From positions 12,570-76,569 of the forward strand of contig CALCZP010000004.1 in NCBI GenBank assembly GCA_937903035.1: a DNA stretch of 64,000 nucleotides, read 5' to 3'. Shown here in pieces: positions 37,759-48,154 of this stretch. Each line of letters starts with the position of its first letter. The stretch's first letter is position 1. The notes under the pieces are model-generated. The model had not been told where the DNA came from. It saw only the letters and a list, made by a program, of their open reading frames with translations, and searched no databases. The DNA is from an uncultured bacterium (GTDB lineage: Bacteria > Patescibacteriota > Minisyncoccia > Phycocordibacterales > UBA9973). A program made the position numbers and the translations under genes.

Positions 37759-38031
37759 TTATGCGTTAATTGCGCCTTCCTTGATAAGGAGTGCTCGCTT
37801 GGCATCAGGGCCACCACGGTTGTACCCACCTACTTTTCCATCAGATCGGATCACGCGGTGACACGGAACAGTCAGATCATAGTTATCCTTCATGATCGCA
37901 CCGACTGCACGAGCAGCACCAGGATACCCCGCCTTTGCGGCAACTGCACCATAGGTCATGGTCTTGCCCACAGAAATCTTGCGGACCTCTGCGCGTACCT
38001 TATCTGCAAATATTGTTTCGATCTTTTTCAT
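37759..38031 (-). CDS. Methylated-DNA-protein-cysteine methyltransferase (Ogt/MGMT DNA-binding and active-site domain only)
   Basis: 'PCHRVIRSDGKVGGY' active-site cysteine motif in a 90-aa protein. Confidence 0.75.
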   Translation of the reverse strand: MKKIETIFADKVRAEVRKISVGKTMTYGAVAAKAGYPGAARAVGAIMKDNYDLTVPCHRVIRSDGKVGGYNRGGPDAKRALLIKEGAINA

Positions 38032-38048
38032 AGACTTAGTATATCCTA

Positions 38049-38076
38049 TTGCAAAAAAGCGGTTTTGTATTACAAT
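38049..38076 (+). promoter_or_regulatory. Sigma70-like promoter for tRNA-Ala
   Basis: TTGCAA, a 16-nt spacer and TACAAT, ending about 20 nt before the mature tRNA 5' end. Confidence 0.5.
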
Positions 38077-38095
38077 CTCATAGTCCCACTCAAAT

Positions 38096-38171
38096 GGGCC
38101 CTTAGCTCAGCTGGTAGAGCAGTGCTTTTGCAAAGCAAAGGTCAGGAGTTCGAATCTCCTAGGGTCCACCA
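38096..38171 (+). tRNA. tRNA-Ala (anticodon UGC) with the CCA end encoded
   Basis: The cloverleaf was folded by hand. The acceptor stem GGGCCCT/AGGGTCC contains the G3:U70 alanine identity pair. The anticodon loop is TT-TGC-AA and the T-loop is TTCGAAT. The 3' end is ACCA. Confidence 0.9.
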
Positions 38172-38172
38172 A

Positions 38173-38208
38173 AAAAGCAAAACCGCCTATGTGGCGGTTT
38201 TGCTTTTT
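38173..38208. terminator. Bidirectional rho-independent terminator
   Basis: AAAAGCAAAACCGCC-tatgt-GGCGGTTTTGCTTTT. Confidence 0.7.
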
Positions 38209-38223
38209 TGGAGTAGAGAATGC

Positions 38224-38868
38224 TTATTGAGCTTTTACACTCGCAGATGCATCCACTTTCACCTCAGACTTTGCGTTTGCACGAAATGCTTTGACGAGCT
38301 TGTCGGCATCAGCACGAGCTACTTGGAGACTCGTACGCGCAAGCTTGATCTTGGCACGAGCTTCCATCCCAATTTTTTTATTTGCTTCTGCTATTTCTTT
38401 TGTTGCTCCATCAGTTTTTGCAGTTGCTGCAATATCAGCTGCTGCCTTTGCTTGTACCTTTGCATCAGCAACCTTTGCAGTGTAGTCAGCGTAGATTGCA
38501 GTCCATGCAGCAACATCAACACCATTTGCCTTTGCCGCATTGATGCGCGCTTCAAGCTTGGTACCAAATATTGTCATAACATCAGCAGTCGCAATGATAC
38601 GGTTTGTCACCACATTCACCATATTGATACCAAAAGCTCGAACCATACCGCGCTTCATATCAACATTTGCTTTCACATCTGCTTTGATATCCGCACGAGC
38701 TTCACTGCGCTTTTCCATTATTTCACGCACTGGCATGGTACCTGAAGTAGTAACAGCTGCCTTTACCCCCATGTCAGCATTCAGACGAACTGTCTCTTGT
38801 GCTACAGCTGGAGTTACAGCAATTGAAACAATAGCAGCAACCACAACTATAGAGTGAGTGTATTTCAT
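38224..38868 (-). CDS. Secreted Ala/Lys-rich helical protein
   Basis: Signal peptide MKYTHSIVVVAAIVSIAVTPAVAQ, then repetitive sequence of the KA..A.A.V.AKA type. The start was trimmed to 38868. Confidence 0.5.
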   Translation of the reverse strand: MKYTHSIVVVAAIVSIAVTPAVAQETVRLNADMGVKAAVTTSGTMPVREIMEKRSEARADIKADVKANVDMKRGMVRAFGINMVNVVTNRIIATADVMTIFGTKLEARINAAKANGVDVAAWTAIYADYTAKVADAKVQAKAAADIAATAKTDGATKEIAEANKKIGMEARAKIKLARTSLQVARADADKLVKAFRANAKSEVKVDASASVKAQ

Positions 38869-38869
38869 A

Positions 38870-39124
38870 TTATTGTATTGATTTCTGTTGAGTACTTTCT
38901 GCATCGACTGCTGCAGAATCCTGTTCGATAAGTTTGAGCTGTGCATCCATGGTTGCCATATCACGCTCCAGGTCATTATTTGAATTCCCTGTCGTAAGTT
39001 TTGCCTCTGTCTGAACAGTAGTCTGTTCTTTTTTTATTGCCTCTTTTTTATTGTGATTAAAGATTCCATACCCCACACCACCAATAACAGCAGCTGAGAG
39101 TATAATACGTGCAAGTAGTGGCAT
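38870..39124 (-). CDS. Small membrane-anchored protein
   Basis: An N-terminal TM and a polar tail, for 84 aa in total. Confidence 0.4.
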   Translation of the reverse strand: MPLLARIILSAAVIGGVGYGIFNHNKKEAIKKEQTTVQTEAKLTTGNSNNDLERDMATMDAQLKLIEQDSAAVDAESTQQKSIQ

Positions 39125-39246
39125 ATAATACTAGTAGTTGATTAGCTAATAACCTCCTGCTGCGACGATTCGCAACATACCTAAAGTATACCACTAGACG
39201 TATCTGCCACCTGCCTTATATACTTTAGATACTAACTACATATCCT

Positions 39247-39921
39247 ATGCGAATATTACTCGTTGAAGATGATGTTGACATGCGTGAATTTCTCAAATCA
39301 CGACTTGAGAAAAAATGTTTTGCCGTCGATGCGTTTGCTGATGGATATAGCGCACTATATCAGGCAAAGATCAACGAATATGACCTGATCCTGCTCGACT
39401 ATGATCTTCCTGATACAAATGGGTACCGCATCTGTGCTGACCTGCGAGCAAGTAGGATAACTATCCCGATCATCATGATCTCGGCAACAACTGAAGTGCC
39501 ACACAAAATTGAAGGATTTGAGCTTGGTATTGACGACTATGTCACCAAGCCTTTTTTCTTTGATGAACTTTTCGCTCGTATCCAAGCAGTATTGAGACGA
39601 CCTAAAGCACAAGAACAAGCAATCCTCTCAATTGATGATCTCTCACTTGATACTATCAAACAAAAAGTGACTCGTGGCACGGAAAATATCTATCTAACTC
39701 GCAAAGAATTTTCGCTTCTTGAATATCTATTACGAAATACAGGGAATGTTATATCGCGAAGTACACTGATGGAACATATTTGGGATATAGATGCTAACCC
39801 ATTCTCAAATACGATTGAAACTCATATTTTAAATCTCCGAAAGAAAATAGATCATACTTCTGTACATAAACTCATTCATAGCGTACCAGGTCGTGGATAT
39901 AAAATAGAGCATATTCACTGA
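39247..39921 (+). CDS. OmpR-family response regulator
   Basis: A receiver domain with 'DLILLDYDLPD' and a C-terminal wHTH ('TRKEFSLLEYLL...VPGRGYKI'). Confidence 0.85.
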   Translation: MRILLVEDDVDMREFLKSRLEKKCFAVDAFADGYSALYQAKINEYDLILLDYDLPDTNGYRICADLRASRITIPIIMISATTEVPHKIEGFELGIDDYVTKPFFFDELFARIQAVLRRPKAQEQAILSIDDLSLDTIKQKVTRGTENIYLTRKEFSLLEYLLRNTGNVISRSTLMEHIWDIDANPFSNTIETHILNLRKKIDHTSVHKLIHSVPGRGYKIEHIH

Positions 39922-40820
39922 TGACTGACCATGTCGTGATTCGCCAGTACCTTACGATTGGCATGACCGGCTGTGCAGTTATTCACTACCTCTGTGTTCT
40001 AGGAGGAATCTACATTCTCCTGAGAAAGGTATATGCCTTTTATCAACAACGAAAATCTCGTGAGCAAGAAATACTCATCGAATGCGCAACTCGTCACCAC
40101 AAAGAACATCTGCAAGCAAGAAATCATACAGAAAAGCTCGCCCAGCTATATACATTTGTAGAATTTGGTAAATTGTCTTCAGGCTTATTTCACGACCTCA
40201 TGAATCCACTGAATGCTCTTGTAGGGACAGTTGAATCAATGTCTCATACCGAACAAGTACCTGAGCTTCTCCCCTATGTAGAAAAAGCTGTTATTCATAG
40301 CAAACGAATGCAACGTGTTATGAATGTTGTACAAAAACAAGTCGATATGAGTCTCCTTGAACGACCATTTTCCTCAAGTGCTGAATTACATGAAGCAATT
40401 ATGGTCTTGAATTATCGTGCACGAACAACTTCTACACGTATTAATACCTGTATTCGCAACAACCTCATTCTATACGGAAATCCTCTGAAGTTTTATCAGA
40501 TTGCAGTAAACCTGATTAGTAATGCGATTGATGCAACTAATACAATCACTGATAGAGAGCGGTACGTTAGTGTTGAACTACTCCATAGTCATGGAAGTGC
40601 AATCTTAAAGGTGAGAGACAATGGCATCGGCATACCTGCTGCATTTCATTCAAAAATCTTTGATCCCTTTTTTACAACAAAAGAGAAAAATGGTATGGGG
40701 ATCGGACTCTCTACAACCAAAGACATTGTAGAACGACATTTCAATGGAACAATCACCGTATCGAGCATTCCAACTATTGGTACTGTATTTACCGTGCGAA
40801 TTCCTCGAAAGAGTACCTAA
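39921..40820 (+). CDS. Sensor histidine kinase
   Basis: An N-terminal TM, the H-box 'FHDLMNPLNAL', the N-box 'NLISNAIDA' and the G-box 'DNGIGIP'. Its start overlaps the stop of the response regulator. Confidence 0.8.
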   Translation: MTDHVVIRQYLTIGMTGCAVIHYLCVLGGIYILLRKVYAFYQQRKSREQEILIECATRHHKEHLQARNHTEKLAQLYTFVEFGKLSSGLFHDLMNPLNALVGTVESMSHTEQVPELLPYVEKAVIHSKRMQRVMNVVQKQVDMSLLERPFSSSAELHEAIMVLNYRARTTSTRINTCIRNNLILYGNPLKFYQIAVNLISNAIDATNTITDRERYVSVELLHSHGSAILKVRDNGIGIPAAFHSKIFDPFFTTKEKNGMGIGLSTTKDIVERHFNGTITVSSIPTIGTVFTVRIPRKST

Positions 40821-40873
40821 CAAAAACGGCATTGCTGCCGTTTTTGTTCCCTGTATTCACGCACTAGTAATTA

Positions 40874-41836
40874 CTATCTACTCCAATCACCCTTGAAAAA
40901 GTGGCGAAAGAATGAGCCGATACGAGTAAAGATGCCTTTTGAAGCTCGTACTTCATCAACACTGGTCGCATCAACTGATGTGCCACTTACCGTACCACGC
41001 ACTACCACACTCTCACCTACTTTAATGTCATCCTTGTCCTCATCGCCCACCACCTCACTGGTATCAACTTGGTAGCTTGTACCATCAGATACAAGCACCG
41101 TTAGTGAATTAACAGTCTTTGCGGTCACGGTACCTCGGATACCAGCATGTGCCATCTCTTGTGGAAGGTTCACCTCAACTACATTTGTTGCAGTCACTGA
41201 TGTACCATTCACCTTACCTTGAATGATCACACTGTCGCCGACATCAAGGTCATCCATGCCACCCTTACTATTCTTGTCTTTCCAAATACTCGCATCAGCG
41301 GTCATTACTGTGTAGGTCGTACCGTTTTTACCAACTATGGTGATAGAGGTATCACTCGTCGCAGTGATGGTGCCGATAATACCTGACATATCGTTCGGCA
41401 TGGGCTTCGTCACAGTACCTGCTTTTGCAGTCACGATACTAGTCGCAACGATCGTATTACCACTGATCGCACCTTGGATCACGACAGCGTCATTCACACT
41501 GATTGATGAGAACGAGATGTCATCGTTGCCACGACGAACCTTTGCATTGGAGGCATCAACGACATAGATCGTGCCGCTGTTGCCAGCCTTGATCGTAAGG
41601 GTCGTGTCAGTCTTTGCGGTCACCGTACCTACTACAGCAGGATCGTATGACCAATCTTTCCATCTGTCCCAAAGCTTGTCATCAACCTTAATACCACCAT
41701 TGAGCGTTATGCTTCCTTTGATAGTTGTATCGTTGCGTTTATCACCATCATTCGTTGCGAATGCAACAGATGCGGAGCTAGTAAACATTGCAAGCGCAAC
41801 AGTACTTGCGAATAATTGTTTGTATAATGATTTCAT
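40874..41836 (-). CDS. Secreted protein made of about four tandem ~70-aa repeats (DUF5666-like)
   Basis: A signal peptide, then repeating units of the form 'GTVTAKTDTTLTIKAGNSGTIYVVDASNAKV...VVIQG.ISGNTIVATSIV'. Confidence 0.55.
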   Translation of the reverse strand: MKSLYKQLFASTVALAMFTSSASVAFATNDGDKRNDTTIKGSITLNGGIKVDDKLWDRWKDWSYDPAVVGTVTAKTDTTLTIKAGNSGTIYVVDASNAKVRRGNDDISFSSISVNDAVVIQGAISGNTIVATSIVTAKAGTVTKPMPNDMSGIIGTITATSDTSITIVGKNGTTYTVMTADASIWKDKNSKGGMDDLDVGDSVIIQGKVNGTSVTATNVVEVNLPQEMAHAGIRGTVTAKTVNSLTVLVSDGTSYQVDTSEVVGDEDKDDIKVGESVVVRGTVSGTSVDATSVDEVRASKGIFTRIGSFFRHFFKGDWSR

Positions 41837-41980
41837 AAGCGTTTTATGTATATTACTACCATTACTGATAATGATTCGACTCATCTAGTAGTGACGACCC
41901 TATGGGGTGATACTTACATCTCTATGTGATTGACAAATTTTATATGTATACTATAGTGAAATCCAACTAAAAACTATTTT

Positions 41981-42151
41981 ATGCTCCTTGTATCATCTCC
42001 TTTTTTTCATCCTAACTCCAACTGGCTATGGGGAGGTCTGGCATTGGGTATTGTTCTAGCTGTAATTCTTGTATTTCGTACAAGAAAAAAAAGAAATAAC
42101 GCCAATCAAGACGATGAGACTGACATCATTCTTTCTGATGGTGATAGATAG
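41981..42151 (+). CDS. Small single-TM peptide (56 aa)
   Basis: MLLVSSPFFHPNSNWLWGGLALGIVLAVILVFRTRKKRNN..., followed by a strong hairpin terminator (AAAAAGTCGTCCCTCCAAGGGACGACTTTTTT). Confidence 0.25.
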   Translation: MLLVSSPFFHPNSNWLWGGLALGIVLAVILVFRTRKKRNNANQDDETDIILSDGDR

Positions 42152-42203
42152 CTCTCCATGCAAAAAGTCGTCCCTCCAAGGGACGACTTTTTTACTTATA
42201 CGA

Positions 42204-42458
42204 TTATGAAAGATGCTTTGAAACGAGCTTGGTCATTTCGAACATGTTCACGACTTTCTTACCATCGAACACTTTGAGTAATTTCTCATCGGCATTGATA
42301 TTGCGCTTGTTTGCAGGATCCTGAAGATCATGTTTTTTGATGTATACCCAGATTGCCTTGGTAACTTCAGGGCGTGACATTTCGTCAGCACCCACCACTG
42401 CCGCGAGGTCAGCGCTTACTTTCATTGGTTTTGAGAGTCCGGTGTTTGTTGTAGCCAT
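42204..42458 (-). CDS. SWIB/MDM2 domain protein
   Basis: 'LAAVVGADEMSRPEVTKAIWVYIKKHDLQDPANKRNINADEKLLKVF' matches the SWIB consensus. Confidence 0.7.
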   Translation of the reverse strand: MATTNTGLSKPMKVSADLAAVVGADEMSRPEVTKAIWVYIKKHDLQDPANKRNINADEKLLKVFDGKKVVNMFEMTKLVSKHLS

Positions 42459-42660
42459 AGGCCATACTATACCATATTCCATAGAAAATGGAATGAACCC
42501 GATTCTTTGAAAAAATTTGATGGAAACTACATGCCTTAGCTATACCTAGAGGCATTTTTATTTCGATCATTCTCAATACTCTGTAGTATATTGACTTTTA
42601 ATATAATTTGTGCTATTATATGTTGGAAGCTCCTTACAATCACCAACAAAAAAACTCCTA

Positions 42661-43293
42661 ATGAAACAACTAATCGCAAGTTTAGCTTTCTTATTTCTTC
42701 TTGGTACCCTATCTGCTCAAGTAATCTACCACCGCACAAAAAATCCTAATGTAGGATTTGGCAAAGCAACTGATTGTACACAAAGTCTCTATATGAACTT
42801 TTGTGTGAATGGTCCACTTGTTAGCCCTAACAAACTTCCAGTTGGTGGATACGTCGATAACGGTACTCAGATGAAAAATTGGGTTAACCCAGAAGATAGC
42901 GGAGGAAACTTTGCTGTCGACAATGCAATCTTTGGACTTGGATTTGATGGCAACCTCTACATGGTTTCATCAAACCAGAAAGAAATGGTACCTCAAATGA
43001 AATGGGCATTTCAAAATGGCCCTATCTTAGTAAAAGATAGTCTAAACATGAGAGGAACATCCCAATCCAAAACTGCTCGCTCAGGAATTGGATACAAAAA
43101 AGATGGCACTATCGTTGTGATAGTATCTATTTCTCCAATTACATTTTATGAGTTTGCAAACTTATTTGTTCAAGAAGGTTGCTCAAATGCACTCTACTTG
43201 GATGGAGGCCCCTATGTTGGGTGCTCAAATAAGGATACGACTTATGGAACGATGGTGAGCCAAGCTACTAAATTACAGTTTTTCAACAATTAG
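42661..43293 (+). CDS. Secreted phosphodiester glycosidase family protein (DUF2233/NAGPA-like)
   Basis: A signal peptide and '...RSGIGYKKDGTIVVIVSIS...NALYLDGGPY' typical of PF09992. A terminator hairpin follows. Confidence 0.6.
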   Translation: MKQLIASLAFLFLLGTLSAQVIYHRTKNPNVGFGKATDCTQSLYMNFCVNGPLVSPNKLPVGGYVDNGTQMKNWVNPEDSGGNFAVDNAIFGLGFDGNLYMVSSNQKEMVPQMKWAFQNGPILVKDSLNMRGTSQSKTARSGIGYKKDGTIVVIVSISPITFYEFANLFVQEGCSNALYLDGGPYVGCSNKDTTYGTMVSQATKLQFFNN

Positions 43294-43383
43294 TATCAAA
43301 TGAACCCACCGGCAAAACCTGCTTCGGCGGGTTTTTTTATTTTAATGATATTGATGAAGCTTTGGTTCAATATTGAAACTTTT

Positions 43384-43821
43384 TTATGTAAGGCTTACTT
43401 CTTTTCTTTTACTTTTATAAGCAAGAATCGTTAGCACTAATGCATATACAATATGCTCATCTACAATAGGGTTATTTTCAGGTGGTAATAATGATAGCCA
43501 CATAAGTAGCATCATAACTACACCAGCGATTGCTCCCCATTTTACAAATCTATTGAGCAACAGGGTAAGTCCGATAAATAACAGACCGAGCATAAACAGC
43601 CAATCAATACCAGCTACACCTGCAAGACTTTTAAAAAATTCAGCAAAAGGACCCTTGGTTGCAAACGATAAAAACCCTGTTGTTGGTGAACCTCCGTTTA
43701 TCCATGCATTTTCTGGTTTAGTAGCGAATCCAAGACCAAAGACCTTATCAAAGAACGCCCACAAAAAAATGAGTGCCATTACGATTCTCAATTTTATAAG
43801 TGCAATTTTTTGTATATTCAT
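43384..43821 (-). CDS. DoxX family membrane protein
   Basis: Four hydrophobic helices with a DoxX-like 'LRIVMALIFLWAFFDK' segment. Confidence 0.6.
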   Translation of the reverse strand: MNIQKIALIKLRIVMALIFLWAFFDKVFGLGFATKPENAWINGGSPTTGFLSFATKGPFAEFFKSLAGVAGIDWLFMLGLLFIGLTLLLNRFVKWGAIAGVVMMLLMWLSLLPPENNPIVDEHIVYALVLTILAYKSKRKEVSLT

Positions 43822-43860
43822 AGATATAGTATATTTTAACTTATTAAATTTATAAATCAT

Positions 43861-44250
43861 CTACGCTTGGAAATTAATTTCAAAAGGATACATACCCATT
43901 CCACAGCTACCCTTTAGTACCCCCGCCTGTTGGATCCCGAGATCAAGTTCGGTAACACCTGTTTGTGGCAAATTTTGTGATATGTTCAGAGATGGAATTC
44001 GTACGGAAGAAGAACAATCAAATGTACCTTTTGTAGTAACACGAAGCACTGTAGGAATTCCAGCTTTTGCATCAATACTACGAGGAGTAAACCCTCCTTT
44101 TGCCCGTAAATCAATAATTTGCTTTCCATCAACTACAGTAACAACATTTATAGGCACCTCTTCTTCTTTTGGCACACTATTTACCGCTACGAGTATTCCG
44201 AACCCAATAATTACGATACCTATAGAGATTGCAAGAATATTTTTTTTCAT
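43861..44250 (-). CDS. Membrane-anchored Cys-containing protein, possibly metal-binding
   Basis: An N-terminal TM, Cys residues in 'FDCSSS' and 'GSCGMGM', and a location inside the copper cluster. Confidence 0.4.
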   Translation of the reverse strand: MKKNILAISIGIVIIGFGILVAVNSVPKEEEVPINVVTVVDGKQIIDLRAKGGFTPRSIDAKAGIPTVLRVTTKGTFDCSSSVRIPSLNISQNLPQTGVTELDLGIQQAGVLKGSCGMGMYPFEINFQA

Positions 44251-44252
44251 AG

Positions 44253-45293
44253 CTATAAATTAAATAAAGGTGGAATAAGACCAATTACCGCCAAGCTATT
44301 AATGAGATTGAACAGTGCAAACAGTATAACAATCAATCCTGCAGATTTAAAGAATATTCCTGCACGAGAACTTTTCTTGACACTAAATGAACTAAACCCC
44401 ACAAGGAGCAGTACCGGGAGCGTACCAAGTGCATATGCAAGCATGGTAAGACCGCCTTTCATAAAGGTTCCCGTGGAAAGAGTGTATATCTGCATTGACT
44501 GAGTAAAGCCGCACGGAAGGAAGAACGTCGCAATACCGACCAGAAAAGGAGTAAACGTATGTGTCAGCTTACTTACTGAAAATGCTTTCTTCGAAATCAT
44601 TTTTGGCATGCCCGGCTGCAATCTTTTTGTGAAATGGAAAACATCGAGCAAGTTTAATCCCATAAGAAGCATGACAATGCCGATTACGATACCAAGAATA
44701 AATGTTGCTGTTGTGTTGAGCGCAAAAGCTGAACCGATTCCACCAATAACACCTCCGAGAATAAAGAATGAGATAAGACGTCCTAGTTGAAACAAAATTT
44801 GTGGACGAATTTTATCCCCCTCTCTCGCAAATGTAGCTGACATTGAAAGCACGAGTCCACCAACTACTGCCATACATGTTGAGAGTGAGGCTATGATACC
44901 GATCACAAATGCAGTCCCGTACGACACATTACTTGCATCAACAAGATTTACAATCCCCATCTTTTGCAAAAGTACAAATAGTACAGCAAATACAATAGCT
45001 ATAGGAATGGCGATCGAAAACTCGCGTGTTCGTTTTGTTTTTACCGCAATCTGTTTTTGAGTAGAGACTGTATATCCATGAGATTTGAGTACTTCAGTAA
45101 ACCGCTCTGCTAATTCTTCCTGCGTTTTACCCTCAAACATACCTGTCACCGTGACGGTATGTTTCGAAAGACTAGCGTGTGCATGTTCTACTTCCGACAG
45201 TTCATTCAGTTCCCCCTCTGTAAGCAGAATACATGCCTTGCAGTGCATACCGTGTATATGAAATGTATATGTTTGTTTTTCTGTATTATTCAT
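44253..45293 (-). CDS. HMA-domain fusion to a DsbD_2/UreH-like polytopic membrane protein
   Basis: An N-terminal 'GMHCKAC' heavy-metal-associated motif, then 6-8 TM helices with a conserved Cys pair. Confidence 0.6.
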   Translation of the reverse strand: MNNTEKQTYTFHIHGMHCKACILLTEGELNELSEVEHAHASLSKHTVTVTGMFEGKTQEELAERFTEVLKSHGYTVSTQKQIAVKTKRTREFSIAIPIAIVFAVLFVLLQKMGIVNLVDASNVSYGTAFVIGIIASLSTCMAVVGGLVLSMSATFAREGDKIRPQILFQLGRLISFFILGGVIGGIGSAFALNTTATFILGIVIGIVMLLMGLNLLDVFHFTKRLQPGMPKMISKKAFSVSKLTHTFTPFLVGIATFFLPCGFTQSMQIYTLSTGTFMKGGLTMLAYALGTLPVLLLVGFSSFSVKKSSRAGIFFKSAGLIVILFALFNLINSLAVIGLIPPLFNL

Positions 45294-45295
45294 AC

Positions 45296-47584
45296 TTATA
45301 GTTTTTTAGCTTTTAACCGCAATGAGTTTCCTACCACCGACACGCTCGAGAATGCCATTGCAAGCCCTGCAAATATCGGATTAAGCAGCCATCCAAATAG
45401 TGGATAAAATACACCTGCCGCAAGTGGTATCCCTACAATATTATATATAAATGCCCAGAATAAATTTTGCTTAATCCCACGCATCGTAATCTTTGAAAGA
45501 TTGATTGCCTTAACAAGTTTTGTAATATCACCGTGCAAGAGTGTGATTCCCGCGCTCTCTATAGCAACATCTGTCCCGGTTGCCATAGCAATACCGACAT
45601 CTGCTTGAGCGAGAGCTGGAGCGTCATTGACTCCATCTCCAGCCATTGCGACTACTTCTCCCGATGATTGTAATTTTTTGACTGTATTGAGTTTATCTTC
45701 AGGTGTTACTTCGGCAATGACCTCATCTATTCCCACAGAAGAAGCAATAAACTGCGCAGTATTTATATTATCTCCAGTTAACATGTAAACCTTAATTCCT
45801 TTCTTATGAAGCTCCTGTATAGCATTTTTTGCTTCAGGCTTTACCGCATCTGCAACCATAACGATTGCAAGTATTTTTTCTTTCGTAGCAAGTAGCACTG
45901 GTGTTTTTCCAGTTTTTGTCTCTGCCTCAATCATTGATATGTCTATAGCGTGCTTGAGGTTTTCCATAAGCCGGATATTACCAGCAAAATATTCTATTCC
46001 GAGTATTGAACCACGAATACCTTCACCTTTTACAATCTGGAATGATCCAACTGGAGGAAGTTGTATATCTGTTTCTTTCGCATACGAAACAATTGCATCT
46101 GCAATAGGATGTTCAGATTTTTTCTCAAGCGCAGCAAGTAGTGCAATAATCTCTTCATCTGACCGATCAGAAAGATTTTTTATAGACACTAGCTCTGGTT
46201 TTCCTTTTGTAATAGTCCCTGTCTTATCAACAACAACCGTGGTAACTTCGTGAAGTTTCTGCAACGTAGCAGCGTCTTTGATAAGAATGCCATTCCTTGC
46301 CCCTTTACCTACCCCAACGATAATTGCTGTCGGCGTAGCAAGTCCAAGCGCACATGGACACGCAATTACGAGCACACTTACAAACGAAAGTATTCCAAGT
46401 GAAAGTGCTTGTGAGAAGCCAAGATAGGTTGAGCCAATAGTTAGCCATGCAACTATTGAAAGAAAGGCAATGACTAGAACAATAGGAACAAACACGCTTG
46501 AGATTTTATCGGCGAGCGCCTGAATTGGCGCACGACTTCCCTGCGCCTCTTCTACCATTTTGATAATATTCGCAAGCATAGTTTCTGCTCCTACTTTTGT
46601 TGCCTTGAATGTAAATGACCCTGTAGTATTCATAGTACCTGCAACCACAGTATCTCCTTCCCCTTTTTCCACAGGAATTGGCTCGCCAGTAATCATAGAT
46701 TCATCCACATATGAAGACCCCTCAGCAACAACACCATCAACTGGTATTCTACCGGCGGGCTTTACAACAATAAGATCCCCATGCACCACTTCAGTGATTG
46801 GAATTTCAACTTCTTCTCCCTGACGAATAATAAGGGCGGTTTTTGCCTGAAGCGTGAGTAGAGCTTCAATCGCATCCCCTGTTTTCTTTTTTGATCGAGC
46901 CTCCAAGTATTTTCCAAGTGTAATAAATCCAATCACGACAATAGTCACATCAAAATAGGTGAATTCTGGTACACGCAATAGGTCGCGAATAGATGGTAAT
47001 AGCGTTATAACAACACTGTATAAATATGCAGTGAGCGTACCAATACCAATAAGGGTATCCATATTAGCAACCTTATATCGAAGGAATCTTGTAACACCTT
47101 TTAAAAATGGTTTTCCAACCCAAAACAATACTATTGTTGCAAGTACCATGTTTATTATATTGAAAAGATCCATAGGTATAGGAAGATTTGGAACACGAAC
47201 AAATGTCCGTGCGAGAATATCCCATAGCATAAGTATAAATATTACGCCAGTGATTGGCAGTACAAAATGTGTTTTCTGTTGTAATAGCACAAGTTCGCTG
47301 TCAGAAGTTTTAGCATGATCATGTACTCCAGATTCTTCTTCACCAGTAGACATAATCATATATCCTAACTTCTCAAGCTCTGTATTCATTACTTCAATAG
47401 AGGTAGCAGACGGATCAAACGAAAGATTCGCTTTTTCACTCACAAAATTCACCGATATATCACGCACACCTGGAACCTTTGAAACAGTTTTCGTAATTAT
47501 GGAAGCACAACTTGCACAGTGCATCCCTTTTATTGTATAGACATCTTTTTTCATATCTTTGTAATGAGTTAAATTGAATACCAT
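45296..47584 (-). CDS. copA: Copper-translocating P1B-type ATPase
   Basis: An HMA 'GMHCASCAS', a 'CPC' transmembrane motif, 'DKTGTIT' and '[10 protein letters not shown]'. Confidence 0.9.
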   Translation of the reverse strand: MVFNLTHYKDMKKDVYTIKGMHCASCASIITKTVSKVPGVRDISVNFVSEKANLSFDPSATSIEVMNTELEKLGYMIMSTGEEESGVHDHAKTSDSELVLLQQKTHFVLPITGVIFILMLWDILARTFVRVPNLPIPMDLFNIINMVLATIVLFWVGKPFLKGVTRFLRYKVANMDTLIGIGTLTAYLYSVVITLLPSIRDLLRVPEFTYFDVTIVVIGFITLGKYLEARSKKKTGDAIEALLTLQAKTALIIRQGEEVEIPITEVVHGDLIVVKPAGRIPVDGVVAEGSSYVDESMITGEPIPVEKGEGDTVVAGTMNTTGSFTFKATKVGAETMLANIIKMVEEAQGSRAPIQALADKISSVFVPIVLVIAFLSIVAWLTIGSTYLGFSQALSLGILSFVSVLVIACPCALGLATPTAIIVGVGKGARNGILIKDAATLQKLHEVTTVVVDKTGTITKGKPELVSIKNLSDRSDEEIIALLAALEKKSEHPIADAIVSYAKETDIQLPPVGSFQIVKGEGIRGSILGIEYFAGNIRLMENLKHAIDISMIEAETKTGKTPVLLATKEKILAIVMVADAVKPEAKNAIQELHKKGIKVYMLTGDNINTAQFIASSVGIDEVIAEVTPEDKLNTVKKLQSSGEVVAMAGDGVNDAPALAQADVGIAMATGTDVAIESAGITLLHGDITKLVKAINLSKITMRGIKQNLFWAFIYNIVGIPLAAGVFYPLFGWLLNPIFAGLAMAFSSVSVVGNSLRLKAKKL

Positions 47585-48132
47585 GTTGACCTAAGACCTT
47601 TAAGTGTTTCTATACCCCCTTTGAGAAATGCTTCTACTCCATCTGCATTATTAAGAATTTCAGCCCTACTTGATTTAATACGTGTTTCTTGAGTCATCTC
47701 AATACCAGCTTCATGGTGTGCAATAATTGCGTTTAAAAATCTAAGGTCAAATTTTTCATCTTTTGGACCAAGGTTTGCAACAATAGGATCACGCACTTTT
47801 CTACTATCTCCGTACCACTCTTTTTTCCATGTATAAAGCTCTTCAATAAGCACAGGCTCTCCTTTCAATATATCAGCTGCGAGCGTTTGTAGTTCAGGTC
47901 TATCAGTATTTTTTTGGAGTTGCTCAGCAAGTAGCATTGCGCCCCGATGATGCGCAATCATTGCGTTAATATAACGCAAATCAAACGTACGGTCAGCACG
48001 TCCTAAATCCATTGTGTTTTTTTCATACATTGAAGTTCTATATTCAGGAGTAAGGGCATACCCAATACCAAGACCAAGAACCCCGGATACAATTGCTATG
48101 CTAATTGCGAAATATAATGATATTTTTTTCAT
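47569..48132 (-). CDS. DUF305 family protein
   Basis: The duplicated '[16 protein letters not shown]' / '[16 protein letters not shown]' repeat characteristic of DUF305. An N-terminal TM is also present. Confidence 0.7.
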   Translation of the reverse strand: MKKISLYFAISIAIVSGVLGLGIGYALTPEYRTSMYEKNTMDLGRADRTFDLRYINAMIAHHRGAMLLAEQLQKNTDRPELQTLAADILKGEPVLIEELYTWKKEWYGDSRKVRDPIVANLGPKDEKFDLRFLNAIIAHHEAGIEMTQETRIKSSRAEILNNADGVEAFLKGGIETLKGLRSTWYSI

Positions 48133-48154
48133 ATAAATAATTATTTCTATTAAA

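Noticed and set aside
37858-38745. 295-aa plus-strand ORF spanning the tRNA-Ala gene
   Set aside because: It runs through a well-folded tRNA and its terminator. The translation is Cys-rich and low-complexity, and it overlaps the real minus-strand secreted-protein gene.
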